Assembly: GCF_046119375.1 (NCBI RefSeq)
Contig: NW_027362765.1
Coordinates: 151,404,001-151,468,000, forward strand
Origin: Phyllobates terribilis
Lineage: Eukaryota
Length of the DNA: 64,000 nucleotides
Direction of reading: 5' to 3'
The notes beneath the pieces are model-generated. The model did not search any database. It was not told the DNA's origin and saw nothing but the letters and a program-made list of their open reading frames with translations. The position numbers were made by a program, and so were the translations under genes. This document shows, one piece after another, positions 1-13,094 of this stretch (its first letter is position 1; every line of letters begins with the position of its first letter).

Positions 1-47
1 TTTACACCAGGCTTACCAACAGCAAACACGGAGAGACAACTGTGTGA
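1..47 (+). CDS. fzd2: Frizzled-2, C-terminal end of CDS (5'-partial)
   Basis: Frame starting at nt 3 reads TAC ACC AGG CTT ACC AAC AGC AAA CAC GGA GAG ACA ACT GTG TGA = YTRLTNSKHGETTV*, the FZD2-type C-terminus with PDZ-binding ETTV. FZD1 has KQG rather than (R/K)HG at this position. Confidence 0.9.
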   Translation, partial: YTRLTNSKHGETTV

Positions 48-1045
48 GGACTGAGATGTTCATTATGGGGCCTGGAACCAACTTGGACTATATGTTCTCC
101 AGACTTTTCTCCCATTTCTTGTTACTCCATGCTGTGTATGTAGATCTCCATACGTTACCTTCAGGCGCATCTTTCTGGAGTTGTAATTATGACTGTACAT
201 AGAATTTTTTTTGTAAATTATATATTTCTATTTAAAACATAAGGTTAAAATTGGAGAATCAGAGAAAGGATTCCATGGAATAAAAGACCCTTGTCCTTCA
301 TTTCTCAAACATTTTCATTGACTTGACTGTGCCTTGTGAGAAATGGAGATATTTAGACTGCATTTTGTTTGTTTTTGGCTCTTCCTGGATATTATATACA
401 GTATTTTTATTATTTTTTATATGCTGCCCAACATGGAGTTTGTATTAGTTTGCATATAAGCCAACCAAAGAACTTTTAGAAATCATCTTAGTATATGTGT
501 GCGTCTGTTGGTACATCACCACCTTTACACAGATTACTGTGCTGCTGCTGTAGTTTGTCGGTACGACACAACTGGATTATTGAAGGGCGATTGATTTTTC
601 TAATACTTTAATTCCCGGCTCTTTGTCTGAAGTACAACATTTTTTTTATCCTTTTAATTTTAGGTTTTATTTGTGTTTGTAAAGTACAATATATGAGAGG
701 ACAGCCAGTCCAGCACACCTCTAAGATGATACCAGTTGGCTGGAGATAATTAGTTGATATACAAGTGTTTTCATGGTACAGTCGACAGCTATCGGTTTTA
801 TTATGTGTCGGACATTGAGAGGGACGTATCATTGGTAAACCTTGCTCACTATCTTGGGTTTCAATACGAACCAGCATTCCCTCCAACCTGAATACATAAT
901 GATTTGTTATTAAATATGTTGATTTTTACTCATTTTGAAATTAAAAATGACAAATATTTTTGTTAAAAACGACAAAAAAAAAGTATTTTGGTGATTTCCT
1001 CTTTTATCCTGTATGGAAATAATTAAATGGACATTCATTGCTGTG
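48..1045 (+). other. fzd2 3' UTR (3' end approximate)
   Basis: AT-rich, repeat-free sequence after the stop. Poly(A)-signal candidates: AATAAA 279-284, ATTAAA 909-914, 940-945 and 1022-1027. Confidence 0.6.
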
Positions 1046-1259
1046 AATGAAACCTGCAAATTGTCATCAGATCTGGTGCTTCAAGTCGTAATACAATACA
1101 AGCCAATGCTCAGACCTGAGTGCCATAATGGCTGGAGGTCCACCACTTTGGTCTTTCCTTAATATATTTGGATACACTTGTGGCTTTGGCTCAAAAAAGC
1201 TGCACTAAAAGCTCCATTAGTGAGATAGGCCTTGGTTACATTTATATACAAGCATTTTA

Positions 1260-1465
1260 GGCTACGGCCCCACTATCAGTATTTGGTCAGTATTCGGTCA
1301 GTATTTTTTCTCAGAAGAGGGAGCCAAAACCAGATGAGGAACAATCAGAGGAAAAGGTATAATAGAAACAAGCGCACTAATTCTGCATTTATCACCCACT
1401 CCTGGTTTTAGCTTACAAATAATGATGTGAAGTACTGACCAAATACTGATAGTGTGAACGCAGCC
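1260..1465. mobile_element. PIF/Harbinger-type MITE, family A (copy 1)
   Basis: GGC...GCC termini, TTA/TTA TSD, inverted cagtatttggtcagta / tactgaccaaatactg arms. Six copies in the window. Confidence 0.75.
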
Positions 1466-3050
1466 TTAAAGTCAGACTTTGTTCAATCTCTTTTAACAAT
1501 ATCCAAACTTCGTATTACTCTGTGTGAAGAATATGGATACTTGCTATGCTTTCCCAGGAGACTTGAGCAAAAAAACTCAGAAGACCCTGGTCCGGTGGCC
1601 ACTTTGGTTGTCTGCAAACCTCTTGCTACCGCTTGCCATCCCCAGCATCTCTTCTGATGATTAGGCCCTCTGTAATATCATAATTTTGGTGCGCACAGAT
1701 CTAATAGAAGAGGCACCAGGGATGCCGGCAGGTAAGAGGAGGTTCGCTGGGTTCTGGTTCATCATCATTAACTACTATCGTGGCTTCTGGACTATGGTCC
1801 TGCAAATCTCTTTGCTCAACTCAAATTTCAGGATAAAATGACCACCTAGCTATCTGTTGGGTATTACATAACCGTGGTGGAGGGGGTGACTGTAAACTGT
1901 CAGTATAAACTAAAGCGATTGGACACTGCTACTTCCTATTCTTATTATAGTGATTGGGTTGTCGGTGCTATGTGGGACATTCTGACAACTGGGTATTTGT
2001 ACTCTGACAGAGAAGCAGTGTTTCAGCAAATGCCTGTGTCCTCTGATATAATCTGAGGCTTTTTATTGCTTAGATCAGCTGTCTGTGGGCTAATGCTTTG
2101 GTGCATTACCACATTAAACACCATTGCATTCTAATTATAAACAATACTAAATATTTGTCCCTGCACCAAATCCATTGAAAAAGCCTTTAGAAGTCATTAC
2201 CAGTCATTAGAGTATGTTCACAGGGGGCGGATACACTGTGGACTTTCTCTCCCGGGACTGGAGGTAAAAAAAAAAATCACCATTACAGTGCCAGCACAGC
2301 AGACAAGATGTTAACAAATCTCATTCACAGCTTCTGGAAAAGAATCCTTCTCGAAATTGACATGGTGCTGATTTTCACTGCTGATTTTATCCTTTATACT
2401 ATGGATTTGATCTTTTGCAGTATATGTGTTGAAATCCACTGCAAAGCAACAACAAAATTTGCACACATGACATGCAGATATTTGCCATTGATTTCCACCT
2501 GTGGATTCAGGAAACATTTGCCCAGTATGAACATACCCTTGAAGTGTCATTTTGTTGGTACACCACTCCTGAAACTGATAGCTGATTCATACAAATGTTA
2601 ATAGAGCGATATGCAAACTTGTATAATTGGTGGGAAGGGTAAAATATTCATTTTCATTATGACAAAATCTGTTACCAACATTTTCAAATATTGCAATTAA
2701 TGTTATTGAAAGGAGATCAGTCTAGATTTATTAACAACTGTACCTGAAATCACAGCTTACCATTTATATACTACAGACAAATATAACTTGTCCTTCCTTG
2801 CTAAGTTTATAACTAAAAATACTAGATATACTTTAAAATTACATTTGCATTTCCAGCCACGCACACTGATCCTACAAGAGATTTCCAATAATCTATTGTC
2901 CCAAGTAGTAATGTTATTGCGTCAGTGAAAACTTCTAAAACTATCCTAGAACAATTTCTATGCACCTACAGAAACCTATTCCAAGGTTTGTGATAGATCA
3001 GTTTAGTGTCAATAGCGTTGTACGGGTTGGCATCAGATTCCTTTACCCTA

Positions 3051-3243
3051 AGCCCACGGCCCCACTATCAGTATTTGGTCAGTATTTTTTCTCAGGAGTG
3101 GGAGCCAAAACCTGGAGTGGGTGATAAATGCAGAATTGATGACTTGTTTCTATTATACCTTTTCTCTGATTGTTCCTCACCTGGTTTTGGCTCCCATTCC
3201 TGAGAAAAAATACTGACCGACTACTGATAGTAGGGCTGTGGCC
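3051..3243. mobile_element. Harbinger-type MITE family A (copy 2)
   Basis: Same TIR arms and internal ggagtgggtgataaa / gtttctattatac motifs as copy 1. Confidence 0.75.
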
Positions 3244-3891
3244 TTAATCTGTGAGAAGCCACCAGCACACCTATTAGATGTGGGAAATAGCTGTACCAGC
3301 AAGCACATGAATAAAGATGTCTTCTGGGGCATAGATTCACGTTAGAAGATCAAACAAGTTTCCGTCACTAGACCCCCACCTGTTTGTGTATGACACGCTG
3401 GACTTTTTATGTACATTGTACTCACTTCCCTGCAGATCAGCTCTTCTGTGCTAAGCTATGAATCCAATGCACCACAGCACAGCATATCACATAGGCAGCC
3501 TGGAGCCACTATCATTTTACCTGCTGGGAACACGCACATTATGTGACCTGTGGCATTCAAGTAACACAGGGTTCAGGTATCTGCCAGGTATAGTAATTTA
3601 CACAGGATGGAAATGCTGCAGATTTTGGTGCCAGTTTGGGCTACAAAAATCTTCAGCATATTACAATACTAGTCATGGGCATGAGATATGTACACATCCA
3701 CATGCTGCAGATTTTTTTTCTGGACCTCTGGGGCAGATTCCTAAATCCCCAGCACTTTAATTTCTGTTGCAGATTTTTACTACAGTTTTAGACTTTTTCA
3801 TTGTAGAGGGGTGAAATCTGAAGCAAATCTTTAGTGAATGATGATGTTACCTCGTTCCTCCTGTTTCTTCTGTGTGTGTTTTAATAGTTAA

Positions 3892-4257
3892 AGGGATTGT
3901 CCACTACTGGGACAATCCTTTCTCAACACCCAGTAAAATAATAACACTTAGGTCAAGGCCTCACTATCAGTATTCGGTCAGTATTTTTTCTCAGGAGTAG
4001 GAGCCAAAACCAGGTGAGGAACAATCAGAGAAAAGGTATAATAGAAACAAGTCACCAATTCTGCATTTATCACCCACTCCTGGTTTTGTCTCCCACTCTT
4101 GAGAAAACAATGACCAAATACTAATAGTGGGTCCGTGGGCTTATACTCACTCCAGTGCTGGGACAGCTGAAGCTTTGCTAGCACCGGAGGAGAGTATATG
4201 TGTTATTATTTTCAAATACGAATTTAGAAGGGGTTGTCAGAGTAGTGGGCAACCCTA
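3892..4257. mobile_element. Kolobok/T2-type MITE with nested family-A MITE (3951-4140)
   Basis: TTAA flanks, agggattgtccactact / agtagtgggcaaccct termini; the nested copy has a TTA/TTA TSD. Confidence 0.65.
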
Positions 4258-4871
4258 TTAATTAACAAAGTGACAACCTCATCTACAGGCAGGCAAACAT
4301 ATTGCAAACTACCTAGTGACGGACACCCATGTTTTACAAGTAAGTACACACACAAAAGTAATTGTTGTAATAAGCACACTGAAAATGATGACTCTACCAT
4401 TAAACCTGGATGTGCGCTGACCCGGCCTGTGCTTTAGGGTGTGTCATATAAGTGATGCCATGTTTAGTCTTAGTCAGGCAGCCCATATAATTGAGTAGTC
4501 TATGAACAAATTAAAAAAAAAAAAAAAAACTGGACAAGCTTTAACTCTGAGCTCAGAAGTTAAGTTTCTAGAATAAAATAGCCTAAATGCTGACAGCACA
4601 GTCTTTGATACTGTAGATCTCTTTCCAAGGTCTGGCTATTCACATTACATTATAGTCTGTGTGCAGTATTGATGGATTTGTCAGCGATCTATTGTGTATG
4701 GGGATGGGCATCAGTCTCTGGCCAATATTGGGGAGCGGGTAAGGATAAATGCGCAGTTTGCATATGTCCAATCGTTTAAACATCAGACACCCCTCCTTCC
4801 TCTGAAGTAGTTGTTTTGGCAGCAGCTTGTTCCCCTCTTGCACTAATTGGGGAAGTATAGTTCTACAGACA

Positions 4872-5056
4872 GGCCACGTTCAGTATTTGGTCAGTATTTT
4901 CCATCAGTATTTGTAAGCCAAAACCAGGCGTGGGTGATAAATACAGAAGTGGTGCCTTGTTTCTATTATACTTTTCCTCTGATTGTTCCACTCCTGGTTT
5001 TGGCTTACAGATACTGATGTAAAATACTGACCAAATACTGAATGTGTGAATGTGGC
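4872..5056. mobile_element. Harbinger-type MITE family A (copy 4)
   Basis: Homologous to the other family-A copies. Confidence 0.7.
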
Positions 5057-7245
5057 TTACTGGTCTAGAACATTTTGTGAAAGCTTTCCAGAGATGGCCA
5101 TGTATGAGCAGTTCTGGAAGTGTCTGGATGTTTTGACACCTACCGACATCTATGTGATGCTCTAACATGTTTCCACAACTTTACAAAACCATATTTGGTG
5201 GATTTCCCCTGTATACTTTATATTGCCATATATCTGCTTTCTTAATATTAGCATAAAGAACACCTGAATAAGTGGATTAAGGAAAATTAGACCATAGCAG
5301 AAGTGGCCCCTACGCCCTATTTTACTTGTTTTCCATGCAGTCATCTTTTACAAAGACGTAGACACACACAGAAAAGTATTAATTGTAATGACCACAATGA
5401 GACTCGATATATGGTTGTCAATAGAGTTTGTATAAATTGATTTGCAGGCCCCGTTCCATCGGCCACATTAGTAATCTGTGGCTGGCTCTTACCTGATGGC
5501 ATCTGCAGTTCTTCCTTAGATTAGCCAACCTGGCATGATGGACCTGTATCGTCGGGCCAAGCCAGCAAATCAAAAGAATAGCCGCAGATGCCGTCAGGTA
5601 AGAGGCAGTTCAGTGCTCCCGTCCAGTGGCCACAGATTACCGACATGTCTGATGGACCGGGTCCTGCGAATGAATTTGCACCAAGTCTAGTTAACATTAT
5701 GAAAAGCAAATGGCCCAAAGATGACTGTGGTACAAAAGGCAACTGACAGAGGGGAAGCGGAGCCCATAATGCCTGACGGGCAATTAGAGCACATTCCTTA
5801 CATGTGCAGATATAATGAAGTATCTTTGCACGGCCTGGGAACTGTACCAGTATATTATAAGTAGAAAATAAACCTCAAAACTCTATATTCTCTTTTGGGA
5901 AAATACATGTAAAACAATAATAAGTAATAAAAATATAATAAAGTGTAATATATGTAAGTGCTAAAGCTAATGAGCTTGAAAAGTGGAGTCCTGTAGATCC
6001 ACTTCCAAGAAATAACCAAAAATGTCAGCAGTTGTGTTCTACTAGTTACTAGTTACCACTAGTTACCACTACACACGCCTGTGACCAGTTGTAAAGTTGT
6101 GTCCTTGCATGGTTTCAGCCAGGTAAAGCACTAGGTAAGTTTATTCTCTGTTTCATGTCTTTCTAACATGTTAGATGTATTTGTGATCCATAGCGATATC
6201 TCAGATTACTGCAGTTCTGCACATTTATAATCTTTTCCTTTGTACAGATTGTAAAGACTTAATTCATGAGGCTGAATCACCTAATACCCACCTTCTGGCA
6301 CCATTCTGGCCCTGCCCCCACCCTAGTCATTGAGCCTTGAAATTAAGCTATGTTTTTGCAGCTGTGCTCAATTAAAAGAGCTAAGAACGCAAGTTACTTG
6401 TGCGGGAATGTGGAGTGTGTGTGAGCGGAGCGGCTACTTTTTCACGTCAAGGCTACTGGGCCCAAAGTGCTCTTTTTGCGTTGGTTGTGGCAAGACTCAG
6501 ATCCACACCACAACTGCAAAGTAAAAATGGGTTTTGTGATTGTGGCTTTTATTAAAGGAACGGATGTAGGAATTGCACTTATGGAAAACTGCGGCAATCT
6601 ATCAGAATTCACACAATTTGTGCCCAAAAAATCTGTCCTTCATAGCTTGCACCAGAAATTACACTCGCCTTGCTATACAAAGTAGCGTAACAACATTGTG
6701 TGCAAAGAAATTTACTACAAATTTGGCATATGGGTTGAACTAGTGTTCAATATGTGAAGGAATTTACTCCATTACTACAACGTGACAGTCATAGCAAATT
6801 TTCTAAGGCAAATGTGTATAAGTCACTGTGAAAACTGTATCTGGACAGTGCCGGAATAGGACTTCTATTGAAGTGCGTTAGATGCGCTTATAGCTGCTCC
6901 ATCAGATGTAATATTCCCTAAAATCACTGTTTCTCAGCACCATACGTCAGTAAATTGCCTCGCTGCAGCTCCATAGCATAAAGCTACAGTCGACACGTGT
7001 ATGAGGGCTTCATTTGAAATTTCAGCTCGTAGCTGAATTATGGTTCACACGTTATTATTCATACAGGGAAAATTCAAAATTTTCAAGAGTTGGCAGAATT
7101 ATCTGGGAGGGTGCGGAGCTACCATCAGACCAACCAATTTATTGTGAATTGCAACAGAAAATTATCACCCAAATATGTGCTAGTTAAATATATGCCTAAA
7201 TTTACGTTTGTCATTAGAGCTGCCCAAGATGACTACATTTAGTAA

Positions 7246-7647
7246 AGGGGTTGTTCACAACCCCTTCTCCAGCCTCATGATTCTCCCTAGTAAAGTAATA
7301 TCAATTATACCCACATCCTGTGGCGTTCCAGCAGTGTCGGCACTGGCTCTACCAAGGCATACGTGACGTTGTGACGTTACGCAATCCCTCACCCCGCCTT
7401 CAGACCTATCACATACATCCAGCTGCAGCTCCAACTTCCTCTGAATGTAAGTTATCTAACCGAACGCGGGGAGAGTGAAGCTAACGTTGATCGGCCGATT
7501 GGGATCATGTGACATAATGTCACATGTGCCTTAGGAGAGCCAGTGCCCACGCTGTTGGAACGGGGCAGACACTGAATCTGGGTATAAGTATTTTTATTTT
7601 ACAAGGGGGAATCATGAGGATTGATAAGGGGTTGTTGGACAACCCCT
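7246..7647. mobile_element. Kolobok/T2-type MITE
   Basis: aggggttgttcacaacccc / ggggttgttggacaacccct palindromic termini, (G/T)TAA flanks. Confidence 0.6.
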
Positions 7648-8513
7648 TTAAGAGTGTTACTCTTTCAATAAAATTTGCATATCTAACTCACACATCGCTT
7701 TAAGACTATTGTGGAGAATGCCTGTCTTAATAAATCTCCCCCATTTTGTATTGATTACTTTCTGGACAACTGAGAGTGATTAAGAAGCCCCTCTTATCTA
7801 ACATATGAGCATGCATAAGGATTTAGATCTCCATGCCTTCTCTTTGTTACTTAGCCCATTTGTACTTTTGCCTATAGTAGATATATACCCTCTTCAACAT
7901 TGAAATTACAACATCAAGAAGGAAAAGTTATGGAAATCACAGGATGGATAGATGTGTTACTGATATGCAAATGATGAAAAAAACGGAAACAATATTTTCA
8001 AAACATCTTAATATGTTCAGTATTGAGTATGAGGGCCAAAACAAGCACTTACATGCCGTGAGCTGTCTTGTCTGAGGAGTTGTGCCACGCTGAATGCAGT
8101 TGGGCACGTAAAAAAACTCTGTGCAATTGCCGACCAATGACGCCCCCATAGTGTTCAATGGAAGACAAGTCCAGAGACGCTGAAGGCCATAGAAAAACGT
8201 TTAGGCCACACAGGCTGCTCACAGTAGCATGAGTGACATGTGACCTAGCATTGTTTAGAATGGTCTGCCTACCATACATTGTGCCACCCCATATCATAAT
8301 CCCCAGAGTAGAACCAATGTGACAGTCTCTCATGAAGGCCTCTTCAAAGCGTTGTCGCCTGCTGATGATTGGTCAACCTCATGCAGGGGAAGAAGTACAC
8401 GCCCCAGTGAAAAATCTCTGGTAACGCCCTCTTGGATTTAAAACAAATTATAACCTAAACAAGCTAATGTCTTTGCAACTTAGAGGAGAAATTAAAAAAT
8501 AAGCTACGTTTTA

Positions 8514-8873
8514 GGCCTCGTTCACATGTACGTTTCCAGTATGTGTGGCATCTGTTTTTTTTTTTTTTCACGGGTCACACACGTACCCATTATAGTCAAT
8601 GGGGCTGCTCACATGTCCCTATTTTTACACAGACCGTGTGTCCGTGCAAACCACATGGAGACATGTCCATTTTTTTTCCAGCAGCACAGATGACAAGGAC
8701 CAATGTAAGTCTATGGGTCCGTGAAAATCTCGTACAGCACATGGATGCCATTGTTTAACATTGCAAAGTATAAGAAAAGATTTGTAATTTATTTCTTTAT
8801 CCATACACTGATGGTAAAAACGGACACACATATGCCACTGGTACCTGTTTTTCACAGATTTGTGAAGGAAGCC
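8514..8873. mobile_element. Harbinger-type MITE family B
   Basis: GGC...GCC termini with TTA/TTA TSD; related copy at 38048-38448. Confidence 0.65.
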
Positions 8874-8996
8874 TTATTCAGCTCTGCAGCCACTATTCCA
8901 TGATGTGACCAGTTTAACAAGCTCCATCTGGTGAAAGGTGCTCTTTAATTTATGTACATAGACATAGTAACATTTTGAAAAGTAAAGTCTTGCTAA

Positions 8997-9864
8997 GGCT
9001 ATGTGCCCAGATGCAGAAATGCTCAGGATTTTTTCCTGAATGTTTCTGCATCTCCCTGGCAGAAAAAACGCATGCGGATTGTACATGCGGATTGTACATG
9101 CGTTTTTCCTGCCAGGGACATGTGGAAGTGAAGCGTTCTTCACTTGCATTTCTGCATGCGGGTTGTCAACGCTTTCCAAGCGATTTTAGCATCACTTGGA
9201 AAGTGCTTGTCAACTTGGTCACACTATATAAATCCATGCAAACAGCATGGATTTATATAGTGTGACCGAGAGAATGTAAAAAAATAAATGTATACTTACC
9301 CTCCGATGGCCCGCGCTGTCTTGCTTCACCGTCCCGGCTGCCGGCAGCGGTGGATTGAAGGACCTGCCGACGTCAGCGTCGCGTGACCCGTCACATGACT
9401 CTGACGTTAGCGCAGGTCCTTCATTCCATCGCGAAGTGCCGGGAAGCAAGGAGGAGCGCACCGGGGGCCGCCGGAAGGTAAGTATACATTTATTTTTTAT
9501 TTTCTTCTTTTTTTACAGCTTTTTTTATGGTACCTGGGTGTGGATGAGACTCTCCTCTCCTCTACACCCGGGTACCATCCACACATTAGAACGCGCCAAT
9601 TACGCAAGTACAGATGCAGTCTTGCGGAATTGGCGCGTTCTAATGCAAGTCAATGGCGGCGAAGACGCAGCACTTCCGCAAAATAATTGGTAGTGCTGCG
9701 GTTTTTTCCGCAATGATAATCCGCAGCGGAAATTTCCGCATCATGTGCACAGCACATGCGGATTATCATTGGGGGACATTGCAGGCCTTCTACCATGCAT
9801 TTTTTAAGCATTTCTGCAGCGTTTTTGCGGAAACGCTTAAAAAACACATCGTGGACACACAGCC
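8997..9864 (+). mobile_element. Harbinger-type non-autonomous element family C (copy 1)
   Basis: ggctatgtgccc / ggacacacagcc TIRs, many atccgcatg-type repeats; homologous to 14147-14946 (inverted) and 29924-30840. Confidence 0.75.
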
Positions 9865-11301
9865 TTAGACTGTATACATGTTATTTCTTTCTTGCCCTAA
9901 AAAAATTGACCATTTTTCTCATTGTGTCGGGTCCATTTTTGGTCTATATCTCAGCGTTTACAGTTTGTGTGTATCCATTTCTCTACGATGAAAAAAAAAT
10001 GGAAAAGGTTTTTCAAAGTTTTCCTAATCCACTTAGACATTGAAAAACGGACTGCATTTGGATGATACGAGGATGACCTCCTAGTGCTATATGTTTTTTT
10101 CACAGACCCACTCACATGAAAGAGTGAATTTGATCAGCAAATCGGATTAATAAAATAGGAAATGTCCCCTTTCTGCCTGTTTCTGCAGGTCATCATCTGT
10201 CAGAAAAAAAAAGACGTGAATATACCAATTGAATTTGATGTGTCGATGTTATAAAAACTAAATTAAAAAGAAAAAGCGGAAACCATACAGCAAAAACAGA
10301 AGTATGAATAAGTCCTTAAGGGGAAAAAAAGTCCCATTATTGTGGACAGTTATGTAGCCTGCCTGACCCCATTGTATTCTTAGACTGAATTGCATGTGAA
10401 TGAACTGCGTGGACCTTCTGCTCTTTAGTTGCATAATAAACACCAGCAATCAATGGGTGGATTTAGGAATGTGAATGAGCTCATTCTTGTGTTCTTCACT
10501 TTGTCAATTTGCTCCTTATCACAATTTACCAGCAGGAAAAAAATAGTTCTAATCATTGCAAATATAATTTCCTAGACTGATGTTTATTGCTTGGAGATGA
10601 TCATGTCACTAAAGCTGCATTCACACCTGTGTTTTCATGTTCATTTTGTCTATTCTGTTTTAAGGAACAGACATATGGAATGAATGTAAAAAAAATATTT
10701 ATTGGTTCCATATGTAATGCAAACAGATTCAGAAGGCCCCCACTAATTATTAAGGGATCCATCTTGGTTCTGTTATGTGTCCGTTTTTAGAATGGAAGAA
10801 AAAGCACAGCAGCATGTATGATAACCTCCAATTCTGTAGACACTTTTTGGCTATCGTGGCCCACCCACCTTTTGGAGCTGGCATCTTGTCTCAATGACAT
10901 GCCTCCTACACAAGTGACAAGATCCATTTAGCTGCCAAATGGCATTCCTTTACTCTGCAGGGGTCCATCCTATCTATCTGGAGGGGCTCATTCCTAACAC
11001 TCTCACTGGTTTCTCACACACATATTGTTGCTGAGCAGAATTGGGCCTATCAGCATGTGTTAAGGCTAAACCTATCATTGAAATTAACATCACAGTAGGA
11101 GCCCAACTTGTAGTTTATCTTCATTTATTTCCATGAACAGAGAGATCCCAAACCAAAAATACCCGAGCTTCTCTAAACAGATGATACATTTCTTTTGGCT
11201 GACATATTACTTGTAACCAAATTTCCGGGTGGCACTCAAAGCTAGAAGACAGTAATGCACTGTAGTAGCGGACTACCCACCGAACGTTGGTCCACAATTC
11301 T

Positions 11302-11534
11302 ACGGCACTCACTTTAATATGCAAGTCAGCATGCGGAAAAAGAAAGAAGGCCAACGTTTCGCTCTGTTCCAGAGCTTCATCACAGCATATTTCCTATGAT
11401 TCATAGTTAGAACCTGTATCTAATATGAACCAGAAGGCACTGGCTGTGATCAAAGTCTGGGACAGAGTTGGCCGTCCTTTCCATATGCTGACTTACCAGT
11501 AAAAATTTTAATTGCATATTCAAGTGAGTGCCGT
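11302..11534. repeat. Inverted repeat (arms 11302-11386 and 11443-11534) with hammerhead-like core; probable Penelope-like remnant
   Basis: Arms share gctgtgat..tctgg.acagag..ttggcc...atgctgactt...ttgcatatt.aagtgagtgccgt. Minus arm reads GUGAUGA-A-GCUCUG(GAA)CAGAGC-GAAACGUU. Confidence 0.5.
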
Positions 11535-12226
11535 CGTATTTTGCACTACGACATCACATCTATTTTAATCTTTGAAGATGCAAAATAAAGAATTGATAAA
11601 AACCCTGAATTTTCCAGCTGCATCATCATAGCACCACATTTTTCAGGTACCCAATAAGGGTGTGAGCCACAGAGCCCCACGAAGGTGGTTTCACACAAAT
11701 AGCATGTATTTTAGAAAGATGCAGTGTTTTTCCTCGTGGCTTTCTTTTGAAGCACAATATGCTGCTCCACCTCTCTTTAGACTACAGGGAGACACCTGTA
11801 ACAATATCTTATCTCCTGCAACAACTAAGGGTTGAGAATGTTGAAAACCTATGTGCCCACTCTTTTCCCCTGACATCTGATAGTTGAGAGTCAGCACACC
11901 ATCATACATATAAGACAGTATGTCACACTTCTGAAATTGTGGGTTTGGGCTGACTATACTCTAGTGTAGGTACAGTGTAGAGGTCTGCAACCTTTTCTGA
12001 TCTGAAAGCCACATTGTCACATTAAACTACTCCCAGAGGCTGCAAATAAACTAAAAGGAGTATTACCTTCCCAGAAAGTGTGTTTCAAAAGTATATTCCC
12101 TAAATCTCCTAATAGTTGGGAGTCCTGGAATTGAATCTGCACCTACCGAGAAAATTGGGGTACCTTTCTCCCCCAAATATCACTTCATCGAGGAGACTAT
12201 GGATAAATGTAGCATTAAAGACTACA

Positions 12227-12515
12227 GGGGTTATCACGATGGCTCAGTGGTTAGCACTGCAGCCTTGTAGCACTGGGGTCCTGGGTTCAAATCCCACCTA
12301 GGACAACATCTGCAAGGAGTTTGTATGTTCTCCCCATGTTTGTGTGTGTTTCCCCCAGGTTCTCCGGCTTCCTCCCACACTCCAAAGACATACTGATAGG
12401 GAATTTATATTGTGAGCCCCAATGGGGACAGTGCTGATAATGTCTGTAAATTGTCTGAATTGTAAAGCACTGCAGAATATGTTGGTGCTATATAAATAGA
12501 AAGATTATTATTATT
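12227..12515 (+). mobile_element. tRNA-derived SINE with L2-type 3' tail
   Basis: A box TGGCTCAGTGG 12240-12250, B box GGTTCAAATCC 12284-12294, central gtttgtatgttctcc block, tail tgtaaagcactgcagaatatgttggtgctat plus (TAT)n. Confidence 0.85.
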
Positions 12516-12717
12516 TACACCAGTGCTGAACAGGGATCAAGAGATACCATTCTTTTTTATATGTGGGAGACCCACAGATTGCTACATAGTGCGCCATTAG
12601 TACTTTTTTGTCTTTCCTCCCTTGCTACACCCACAACGCCCTTCTTTCTGACATGAAAACTGCATGTGAGCAGCCACTGAGAAGCATTCTTCTGCCAGCA
12701 GATCAGGGGACGAACAG

Positions 12718-12903
12718 TATTTATTATTTTTTAGCATTATCATAGTTCGTATTGCTTTACAGACGTTATCAGCACTGTCCCCATTGGGGCTCACAATCTG
12801 AATTCCCTATCAGTATATCTTTGGAGCGTGGAAGGAAACCCACGCAAAAGTGGGGAGAACATAAAAACTCCTTGCAGATGCTGTCCTTGGCGAGATTTGA
12901 AAC
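12718..12903 (-). mobile_element. Same SINE family, 5'-truncated, inverted orientation
   Basis: Reverse complement of the SINE body from the B box to the tail. Confidence 0.8.
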
Positions 12904-13094
12904 TGCCAAAAGTTTTGCATATACTATTTATTGATTACAACTAGTGATGATCGAGTGTGTTCTATTAACCCCTTCGGCGAGCGTATTTTGGCGTGCTCGG
13001 CATTTCTTTCAATGTCGCCGCGCCTGCAAATGTCACGGCTGTTTGACAGCAGCGACACATGCAGAGATTGCCTGTCAGACAGATTTGTCTTACC

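Noticed and set aside
11-202. 63-codon plus-strand frame (AYQQQTRR...NYDCT*) after an apparent acceptor ccag
   Set aside because: Overlaps the fzd2 stop in another frame; the fzd2 reading explains the sequence and the peptide resembles nothing I recognise
608-886. 92-aa minus-strand ORF with a plausible splice acceptor
   Set aside because: Antisense to the fzd2 3' UTR, no recognisable domain, no partner exons
12227-12300. tRNA-like sequence (also 25091-25160)
   Set aside because: A and B boxes run into a SINE body and tail; no complete cloverleaf, so not a tRNA gene
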